This document shows, piece by piece, positions 45,801 to 52,525 of a DNA stretch of 52,525 nucleotides. The notes under the pieces were generated by a model that saw only the letters and a list, made by a program, of their open reading frames with translations, did not search any database and had not been told where the DNA came from. The first letter of the stretch is position 1; each line of letters begins with the position of its first letter. The position numbers and the translations under genes are program-made. The stretch covers positions 1 to 52,525 of the forward strand of contig JAJPXI010000207.1 of the NCBI GenBank assembly GCA_021205585.1, written 5' to 3'. This stretch comes from Oscillospiraceae bacterium. GTDB lineage: Bacteria > Bacillota > Clostridia > Oscillospirales > Oscillospiraceae.

Positions 45801-48800
45801 AACGCAGATGTAGTAGATGCTTACCTTGCCAATATCGTGAATCTGAATGCAGAAAATTTGTCTACGAATTACCTGAGCGCGGCGATTGCAGATATTGCAA
45901 AGGCCAACATCACTGATCTTGTGGCAGAAAATATCACCGCTGATTACATCGCGACGCTCTTGTTGGAAGCCGATACTGCGAGCGTAAACGATCTTTATGC
46001 AAAGGTAATTGAGGCCGAGACCGCTAATATTCAGACTATTACATCGGAGAGTATTACATCTGATTATATCGCAACGCGGCTTTTGGAAGCAGAGTCGGCC
46101 ACTGTTGATGAGTTGTTTGCAAAGGTAATTGACGTCGAGTCGGCCACAATCGAAGAGCTCGCCGCTGGGACGATTACAGCTGATACCGTATCCACTGCAT
46201 TGTTGACCGCCGACACAGCCGTAGTTGATGAATTGTATGCAGAAATCATCAGCGCTCAGAGCGCGACAATCGAAGAGCTTGCCGCCGGAACAATTACGGC
46301 CGATAATATTTCTACTGCTCTGTTAGAAGCCGATACCGCCGTAGTCGAAGAGTTATACGCCAGCATTATCGAGGCCGAGAGTGCTACGATTACAGACCTT
46401 GTCGCCGGAACGATTACGTCGGACGTAGTTGCCACAGCGTTGCTTGAGGCTGATGTGGCCGAAGTCAAAGAACTTTACGCTAAAATTATTGAAGCGGAGA
46501 CTGCTACAATTGAGAACATAGTTTCTACTAATATTGATGCAGAGTATATTTCCTCGACATTGATTGAAGCCCAAACACTGGAGGCGGAACAGGCATATGT
46601 TGAGGAGTTGTACGCGAGTATTATCTCCGCAACAGAAGCGCAGATCAACACAATTATTTCCGGGCAGGTAACATCCGATTATGTGTTGACTACACTTTTG
46701 GACGCCGAGTCTGCGACGATCAATGACTTATACGCCGCTGTTATCGAAGCGGAAAGTGCGACTATCCAAGAGCTTGCTGCTACAACAATTACCGCAGAAA
46801 ATATTTCTACAGCGTTGCTTGCGGCGGACGAGGCAACTGTTGGCGAGCTGTACGCGACCATTATCGAAGCCGAGTCCGCAACAATTCAAACTCTTACCAC
46901 AGAAGTAATCGACACGGCTTACATTGCGGCCGAGATATTAGAGGCTGACTCGGCTACAATTGGCGAACTTCAGGCTACCCTTATCACCTCCGAGTATATC
47001 ACATCGAATATCGTAACAGCTGACTATATCAACACAGCTGTATTGGATGCGGAATCTGCCACGATTAACTATCTGACTTCTGAATATATCTCCACAGTAC
47101 TGCTGGACTCCGAGTCTGCAATGATTGGTTATTTGGAGACAAACTATATAGAAGCTGGAACGATTGACGCGGACTATATCACTACGACACTACTTGTGGC
47201 TTCCGAGGCCAATGTTGCCGACTTGCAGGCATTGATTGTAACATCTGCATATGTTTCTTCTGCCCTGCTCGCGGCGGATGCCGCGTCTATCGCTGAGTTG
47301 CAGGCAGTGTTTGTCACGGCTGGTACGGTAACAACCGCCATCTTAAACGCCTCCGAAGCGAATATTGCAGATTTACAGGCCGCTCTTATTACAGTTGGGT
47401 ACATTGATGCGTTGTTCGTAGATGTAGACGAAGCAGATATAACCAACCTGCGTGCGGCTCTTGTGTCGGCGAGCTATATCGCCACTACTCTTTTAGAGGC
47501 AGATTCTGCAAACATTGCGGAATTGCAGGTACTGTTTGTGACCGCAGATGTCATTACCTCTGTGATGCTGAGTGCAGACGAGGCTTATATTGCTGACCTA
47601 CAAGCGGCGCTGGTTACGGCTGACTATATTGACACACTGTTGCTCAATTCTGGAACCGCTACATTCGGCGAGCTTTATTCAACGGTTGCAAACATTGAGT
47701 CTGTTCTTGCTGGCAATATTGGTGCAGGAAGTTTGACGACCGTACATTTGACCAGCGATAATGTGGTAGTTGACGACGCAGTTATTACATCTGCCATGAT
47801 AGCCAGCGTGACGGCAGATAAGATTACGTCTGGCACTATTTATACCACTCGGGTTAAGATTCAAACTGCCGAAGACGATGCCAGCCTTGTCATCGCAGAC
47901 GGCACCATTCAAATCAGTGATGGGACTTATGTCCGGGTACAGATTGGTGAGGACGCATCCGGCGACTACAATTTGTATCTGTGGAACTCAGAAGGTACGT
48001 TAATCTGGAACGCCGAAGGTTTAACCGAGGAAGGACTCGGCGGCAATGGCGCAATTATTAAGGATTTGAATGTTGCTGATGATGCGGCGATTTCCGGCTC
48101 GAAGTTGGATATACAGAGTGTGGCAAGCGCACTTAATAAGGATGGTAGTCTTGTCGTAGACGCGGCAAGCGTGACAATTGATAACACTACACTTAGCGCG
48201 GCTTACACATCAATTATCCAGCAGTTGGATGATTATGAATCAAGTCTTTCCGATCTTGAGTCCAATAGTGTTGCCAATATTGTTACCTATTATGCTATCG
48301 GTACATCTTCTACTGAATCTCCTGGCGATCCAGACCTGCAACGAGCGGCGGCCTATACCGACACTGCCATGACAGACGAGTCGCAGACTGACTTGGTAGA
48401 TGTCATCTCTGGCGTGTGGACGACCGAGCAATTAACTGCTGGTGAAGATGAATATCTGTGGATTTGTTACAAACAGGAAATGCTGGACGGCAGCGTTAAT
48501 TGGACAACACCGTTCTGTATCACGGATTCCTATGTTCGTTCTCAAACTACTACTTTAGTTACGGAACTGACCGTGATCCAAGGGCAAATCTCGTCTTTCG
48601 TCAGTGTAGATACATTGACAGAAACCGTCGATTCTATTGGGGATACTATCACGGAAGTACAGAGCCAATATTCCAGCCTTGTTGAAACGGTCGATGGTAT
48701 CACCGAAACCGTGATTGATCTCACTACAACTGTCGGCGATAACTACACCGAGCTATCTGATAAGTATACCACTATTGAGACGACTGTAAGTGGCATCACC

Positions 48801-51800
48801 GAAACCGTAGCTGACTTGAGTACAACGGTCGGCGATAATTATACCGAACTATCTGACAAGTATACGACAATTGAGACGACTGTAAACGGGATTACTACCA
48901 CAATTAGCGACCTGGAAGCTACTATTGATACCGTGAGCGGAAATTATACTACGCTTTCAGAACAGTACACTACGATTGAGGCGACCGTCGAAGGTATTAC
49001 GACTACTGTTGCGAGCCTAACTTCCACAGTGGATAGCTTGAGTAGTACTGTAACGAGTGTATCGGTAACGCTTGACGGCATTTCTGCAAGCGTGTCTTCG
49101 ATCGAAAGCACGGTGTCCAATCTTACATCTACCGCCGCTACAGAGGTTGTTGCCTATTATGCGATTGGCAGTTCCGATACTAAGTCTCCGGGTGATCCGG
49201 ATACGCAGAGGGCCGCTGCTTACACTGATACGGCAATTACGGATGATTCGCAGACCGACCTGGTAGATGTCCTCTCTGGTGTATGGTACACAGATGCACC
49301 GTCTACAACCGAAGATTGCCCGTATTTGTGGGTGGCCTATCGCACCGTAACGGTTGATGGTACTGTCAGCTGGTCCGAGCCGACTTGTATTACCGATTCT
49401 AATATTCTGTCGCAAACCACAACGTTGGTTACAGAACTGACTGTAATTCAAGGAGAGATTTCGACGCTGGTTAGTGAAGAAACATTCACCGAAGCCATCA
49501 ATAGCTTGGGCGAAACAATCACAACGGTATCCGATAATTATTCTTTCTTGACGGAAACGGTTAGCTCGATTGAATCTGAGGTCGGCACGTTGACCACGAC
49601 AGTTTCTGATAACTATACAGAGCTGACTAATTACTACAGCAGCATTAGACAGGACGTTGATACTATCACCTCTACCGTTGCCGAGATAGAAACAACGGTT
49701 TATGGCGAGGATGGCGAGAGCGGGTTAAGCGGAACCGTAACTACGCTTACCGAAAACTACAGCGAGATTGAGCAAACGGTTAGTAGTGTCTCGTCTACCA
49801 TTATAGAATTAGAGACGACCATTTATGGCGAGGATGGTGAGAGCGGGCTTGTATCAACGGTTTCTTCCAACTACAGCGAAGTTATCCAACTGATTGATAG
49901 TGTCACTACTACCATTGCGAGCCTGACGACTACCGTTGACGACCTGGAAGATGACTACACCACGATAAGCAATACTATTGCTTCTCAGTCTATCACACTC
50001 GACAGCATTACCACCAGCGTCTCCACGATCGAAAGTACGGTATCTGGTATTACGTCTACCGCCGCCACGGAAGTTACCGCTTATTATGCTATCGGCAGTT
50101 CTGCGACCGTATCGCCTGGCGACCCAGATACACAGCGGACGGCGGCCTATACCGATACCGCCGTAACTGATGATTCGCAGACCGATCTGGTTAATGTCAT
50201 CTCTGGTGTGTGGTATACGGATGCTCCAGATACAACAGAAGATTGCCCGTATTTATGGGTCGCCTATAAGACTGTAACAATAGACGGTGAGATCAGTTGG
50301 TCTGAGCCAACCTGTATATCTGATGCTTATTTAATCAGCAGCGTGTCGGATATGGGGTCCAGTATCACTCAGACCGAGGAGTTTATTGAAAACAAGGTTT
50401 GGGAATCTTATACCGAAACTTATGTTGGTAAAATCCTCTACGGTGAAGACGGCGACAGTGGCGTATATGCCGAACTTACTGGAGAGATTACAACTCTGTC
50501 CAGTAAGTATAGCACTCTTACGCAGACCGTTGGTGATATTTCTTCTACCGTAACCTCTCTGTCTTCTACGGTATCGAGCAATTATACCACTCTGTATGAG
50601 TATTATAGCACGGTCGACCAGAGAGTCGACAGTGTAGTGTCGAGCGTGTCCGCGCTATCAACTACTGTCAGCGATAATTACTCCGCACTGTCGTCTCAGT
50701 ATTCCGAAATCTCGCAGACTGTTGACTCTATCAGCTCAAGCGTATCCAGTTTGACCACGACAGTTAGCGATAACTATTCCACCCTGTCTTCGCAAATCTC
50801 TTCTCTCACCATATCTCTGGATAGCATCACTACTTCTGTCACTTCGATTCAAAGCGAGATTGAAGGGTTTGAGGCGGGCCTGACGGATGTCACGCCGTAC
50901 TTTGCCAGCTTTGCAGACGATACAGATCCGAGCGACCCAGCATTGTGCGTTGCGGCCGCTTACACCGATACGGCAAAGACCGATGAATCTTTAGTTGGCA
51001 TCACCGCAGTCAATAGCGACTGGAGCGAGAACTGCCCGGATGCCGCAGATGGATACACGATTTGGGTTTCCTTCCGGCAGGTCTCCGCTGATGGTACCGT
51101 ATCGTGGACTACACCGGTGACTTATGCTTCTGCCGGATATGTTAGCTCTAAAATCGAGCAATTGGCAGACAGCATTACCTTGTCTGTCACTGGTGGCCTT
51201 GGCAGCACGGCATCTATTGTGCTGTCTGTGGACGGCACAGAGACTGCGATCGACAGTGTAGATTTGTCTGCGGTGCGGACAGCGTTTGCGAACGATACCA
51301 CCGCTATTACAGTCTCCGCCGGAACAATTACGTTCTCCAGCAATACCCTTGTAATTGACAGCACCTACTTTGATGTGACTGCTGCCGGTGTTATTACCGC
51401 AACAAGCGGAACTATTGGTGCTATTACTCTGTCGAGTACGGGCATCCACAGCTATAATTCCAGCGTGAGTGGAAGTTACACAGGATGGTATAGACCGAGT
51501 ACAATCGCCTCGTCTACCATTGCCTTCTTTGCTGGCGCAACCAGCGCGACCGGAACAAGCGCAACCTTCAAGGTGACTTACGGTGGTGCATTGACTGCGA
51601 CCGGGGTCGATATTAGTGGTACGATTACTGCTACTGATGGCACAATTGGCGCACTGACACTGAGTAGTACCGGGATTTATAGCTATAACTCCGGCGTCTC
51701 TGGCTCTTATGCAGGCTGGTATAAGCCGAGTACTATTCTTTCGACCAGCACGGCGTTCTTTGCTGGAGCGACTGACGCGACCGGGACCGGTGCTACATTT

Positions 51801-52525
51801 AGCGTAACCTACGGCGGAGCGCTTACGGCGACGGGCGCGACCATCTCAGGTTCAATTACCGCTACGGACGGCACGATTGGCGGCTGGACGATTGGCGACA
51901 CCGCGATCTATAACGGTACCACATCTATGGCCTCTATTATCGTCGGAACATATATTGGCCAGTCCGGCTTCCGGCAGTACGCAAGCAGTTCCGCGTATAT
52001 CAATATGCAGAACGGTGTGTTGACTGCAACTGGTGTAAATATCAGCGGTAAGATTACCGCTACTTCCGGCACCATTGGGGATATTACTATATCTTCCACT
52101 GGGATTTATAGCTCCAATGCTTCTGTGCCTGGTACTTATGCTGGTTGGTATAAGCCGAGCACTGTCGAAACTTCCTCTATTGCTTTCTTCGCTGGTGCGT
52201 CGAGCGCAACCGGAACAAGCGCAACCTTCAAGGTGACTTACGGTGGAAATCTGACCGCCACCTCCGGTACCATCGGCAATATTTCTCTGTCCTCGACCGG
52301 CATCTATTCCAGGTATATTTCTGGCACGACCGCAAGCTCTACGGATACCGCCGTAACCGATAGCGCTGTTACTGACGGTACGGGCGTTTATACCGGATGG
52401 TATAAGCCCACGTCGGTCAAGAGTTCGTCGATTAGTTTCTTTGCGGGAGCGTCTGATGAAACAGGAACGGATGCGCCGTTCTATGTCACTTACTCTGGAG
52501 CTATTACCGCCACCTCCGGCACTAT
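42816..52525 (+). CDS. Giant tail-associated (Tal-like) tip/fibre protein, 3'-truncated by the window (over 3230 codons)
   Basis: ATG 42816 lies 5 nt after TAAGGAGGG. My manual translation found no stop through 52525, so the ORF is missing from the track, presumably because it is open-ended. The N-terminus resembles the phage minor structural / Tal N-domain. The remainder is repeat-rich fibre sequence. Confidence 0.85.
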   Translation, partial: MAIKIKFDAAGNPEPPILVLATRSGDKFGQIPAGSINIADYQNEPSEIQFQVHKYDSDGELVPLWDELVNFRLVWCQEWDVWFEATVSLDEDTETVKTVNCTRLGQAELSQIMLYDIEINTEDDIARDDYERATVFYSTAYPEASLLDRIMEKAPHYSIAHVDDTLVNIQRTFSFDGTSLYDAFQEIATEIGCLFVFDSESDDDGKPNRTISVYDLESTCASCGYRGEFTTTCPECGGTTINEGYGEDTTIFVTADALGSNIQFTTDTDSVKNCFRLVGGDDLMTATIRNCNPNGTSYIWYLTDDMKTDMSDELVTKLDKYDELYAYYKDEYVANISSSVITEYNELVKKYQTYNSDLETLDTSIVGYAALMNAYYNAIDLELYLQSTLMPDVTTSESDASEQAALLTASNLSPVAVASIDSVSTATATSAVLAMAKAIVSSKYQVKVNDGATLSGTAWTGSFTVTNYSDDEDTATSSTISVTVTDDYEEYLLQLIEKELSADDTDDVSITGLFAYDIDDFEEKLKLYCLDSLTSFHDSCQACLDILIEQGVGNADTWAGEDPNLYDDLYAPYYEKLMAIENEMALREEEIELITGVYDSDGNLETGGVQTYIEAERDAIQEALDFETYVGEDLWLEFCAYRREDEYNNSNYISDGLDNAELFERALEFIEVAENEIYKSAELQHSISATLKNLLIINGFEALVDYFEIGNWLRIRVDDDVYKLRLIGYGIDYDNLDEITVEFSDVVKTATGVSDMESILSQASSMATSYSATQQQASQGSSASSVVSGWRTNGLDVTNTKIISGADNQSQTWDSHGMLFRKYDPLTDSYEAEQSKIVNSTYAITDDNWKTIRTAIGRFYYVDPTTGELTSAYGVNGEVLVGNLILGESLGIYTADGSMTFDANGLTIDTSSGVAFTITNNGNTQFYIDANGNVVLDNGASLVWGNIDLTDLILNADNVVSTDDDGNTVTFQSYLQTKYLNAQYITSECIDTQYLNADVVDAYLANIVNLNAENLSTNYLSAAIADIAKANITDLVAENITADYIATLLLEADTASVNDLYAKVIEAETANIQTITSESITSDYIATRLLEAESATVDELFAKVIDVESATIEELAAGTITADTVSTALLTADTAVVDELYAEIISAQSATIEELAAGTITADNISTALLEADTAVVEELYASIIEAESATITDLVAGTITSDVVATALLEADVAEVKELYAKIIEAETATIENIVSTNIDAEYISSTLIEAQTLEAEQAYVEELYASIISATEAQINTIISGQVTSDYVLTTLLDAESATINDLYAAVIEAESATIQELAATTITAENISTALLAADEATVGELYATIIEAESATIQTLTTEVIDTAYIAAEILEADSATIGELQATLITSEYITSNIVTADYINTAVLDAESATINYLTSEYISTVLLDSESAMIGYLETNYIEAGTIDADYITTTLLVASEANVADLQALIVTSAYVSSALLAADAASIAELQAVFVTAGTVTTAILNASEANIADLQAALITVGYIDALFVDVDEADITNLRAALVSASYIATTLLEADSANIAELQVLFVTADVITSVMLSADEAYIADLQAALVTADYIDTLLLNSGTATFGELYSTVANIESVLAGNIGAGSLTTVHLTSDNVVVDDAVITSAMIASVTADKITSGTIYTTRVKIQTAEDDASLVIADGTIQISDGTYVRVQIGEDASGDYNLYLWNSEGTLIWNAEGLTEEGLGGNGAIIKDLNVADDAAISGSKLDIQSVASALNKDGSLVVDAASVTIDNTTLSAAYTSIIQQLDDYESSLSDLESNSVANIVTYYAIGTSSTESPGDPDLQRAAAYTDTAMTDESQTDLVDVISGVWTTEQLTAGEDEYLWICYKQEMLDGSVNWTTPFCITDSYVRSQTTTLVTELTVIQGQISSFVSVDTLTETVDSIGDTITEVQSQYSSLVETVDGITETVIDLTTTVGDNYTELSDKYTTIETTVSGITETVADLSTTVGDNYTELSDKYTTIETTVNGITTTISDLEATIDTVSGNYTTLSEQYTTIEATVEGITTTVASLTSTVDSLSSTVTSVSVTLDGISASVSSIESTVSNLTSTAATEVVAYYAIGSSDTKSPGDPDTQRAAAYTDTAITDDSQTDLVDVLSGVWYTDAPSTTEDCPYLWVAYRTVTVDGTVSWSEPTCITDSNILSQTTTLVTELTVIQGEISTLVSEETFTEAINSLGETITTVSDNYSFLTETVSSIESEVGTLTTTVSDNYTELTNYYSSIRQDVDTITSTVAEIETTVYGEDGESGLSGTVTTLTENYSEIEQTVSSVSSTIIELETTIYGEDGESGLVSTVSSNYSEVIQLIDSVTTTIASLTTTVDDLEDDYTTISNTIASQSITLDSITTSVSTIESTVSGITSTAATEVTAYYAIGSSATVSPGDPDTQRTAAYTDTAVTDDSQTDLVNVISGVWYTDAPDTTEDCPYLWVAYKTVTIDGEISWSEPTCISDAYLISSVSDMGSSITQTEEFIENKVWESYTETYVGKILYGEDGDSGVYAELTGEITTLSSKYSTLTQTVGDISSTVTSLSSTVSSNYTTLYEYYSTVDQRVDSVVSSVSALSTTVSDNYSALSSQYSEISQTVDSISSSVSSLTTTVSDNYSTLSSQISSLTISLDSITTSVTSIQSEIEGFEAGLTDVTPYFASFADDTDPSDPALCVAAAYTDTAKTDESLVGITAVNSDWSENCPDAADGYTIWVSFRQVSADGTVSWTTPVTYASAGYVSSKIEQLADSITLSVTGGLGSTASIVLSVDGTETAIDSVDLSAVRTAFANDTTAITVSAGTITFSSNTLVIDSTYFDVTAAGVITATSGTIGAITLSSTGIHSYNSSVSGSYTGWYRPSTIASSTIAFFAGATSATGTSATFKVTYGGALTATGVDISGTITATDGTIGALTLSSTGIYSYNSGVSGSYAGWYKPSTILSTSTAFFAGATDATGTGATFSVTYGGALTATGATISGSITATDGTIGGWTIGDTAIYNGTTSMASIIVGTYIGQSGFRQYASSSAYINMQNGVLTATGVNISGKITATSGTIGDITISSTGIYSSNASVPGTYAGWYKPSTVETSSIAFFAGASSATGTSATFKVTYGGNLTATSGTIGNISLSSTGIYSRYISGTTASSTDTAVTDSAVTDGTGVYTGWYKPTSVKSSSISFFAGASDETGTDAPFYVTYSGAITATSGT
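45770..47690 (+). repeat. In-frame tandem coding repeats (units of about 40 aa, degenerating to about 25 aa) in the fibre shaft
   Basis: Consecutive units include ELAAGTITADxxSTALLEADTAVVxELYAxIIEAESATIx, then ADYITTTLLVASEANVADLQALIVTS-type units. The same periodicity is visible in the DNA. Confidence 0.8.
48288..51125 (+). repeat. Four copies of an approximately 80-aa module separated by T/S-rich coiled repeats
   Basis: The module YYAIGxSxxxSPGDPDxQRAAAYTDTAxTDxSQTDLVxVxSGVWxT...EDxPYLWxxY...DGxVxWxxPxCIxD occurs at 48288-48526, 49155-49396 and 50083-50324, with a divergent copy at 50898-51125. The spacers contain near-identical units of about 80 nt (for example 48695-48775 versus 48780-48860). 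Confidence 0.8.
51396..52525 (+). repeat. Distal tandem repeats of about 80 aa (at least 5 units) running off the window
   Basis: The unit TATSGTIGxxTLSSTGIYSYNSxVSGSYxGWYKPSTxxSSxIAFFAGAxxATGTxATFKVTYGGxLTATG repeats about every 210-240 nt. Confidence 0.8.

Noticed and set aside
42835-50166. Short alternate-frame ORFs listed in the track (for example 42835..43317, 43342..43629, 44608..44817, 46723..46908, 48178..48372, 49072..49266, 49978..50166, and the minus-strand ORFs)
   Set aside because: All are embedded in the giant ORF that starts at 42816. They lack SDs and have low-complexity, shadow-like composition.
45770-52525. Regular DNA repeats that might be mistaken for a CRISPR array or satellite
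   Set aside because: All repeats are in one continuous reading frame, have no unique spacers of uniform size, and encode coherent peptide repeats. They are coding repeats of the fibre gene.
1-52525. tRNA, tmRNA or rRNA genes
   Set aside because: I scanned the non-coding stretches (1-144, 871-1733, 3053-4630, 6091-6221, 12530-12663) by eye for T-arm (GTTCRANYC) and acceptor-stem patterns and found no convincing cloverleaf. A tRNAscan-SE run would be the definitive check.

Overview
The window covers most of a long-tailed (siphovirus-type) temperate phage or prophage. Strong GGAGG Shine-Dalgarno sites and ATGA/GTGA/TTGA-coupled genes suggest a Gram-positive (Firmicutes-like) host. Left to right: (1) a leftward regulatory arm with a hypothetical gene and a sigma-70 region-4-like gene, facing a divergent RHH gene. 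(2) About 1.5 kb without credible ORFs, holding a G-free tract, iteron-like repeats, an AT-rich block and a hairpin-dense GC-rich segment. (3) A rightward early block behind a near-consensus promoter: SF2-like NTPase, small proteins, Bro-N/KilAC antirepressor, an interrupted C5-MTase-like gene, a large DxDGD two-barrel (YonO/RdRP-like) polymerase candidate, metallophosphoesterase, tyrosine integrase and an HU-like protein. (4) Packaging, head and tail modules: TerS-like, TerL, portal, scaffold, decoration, major capsid, connectors, major tail, chaperone-position genes, tape measure, Dit. (5) A single tail-tip/fibre ORF that starts at 42816 and is still open at the window end (over 3200 codons). 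The main result is a set of self-splicing introns. The tape-measure gene appears to be split into five exons by four group I introns, including a 22-nt micro-exon that the ORF track misses. The polymerase-like gene carries a fifth group I intron exactly inside its catalytic DYDGD motif. No tRNA, rRNA or CRISPR array was recognised.
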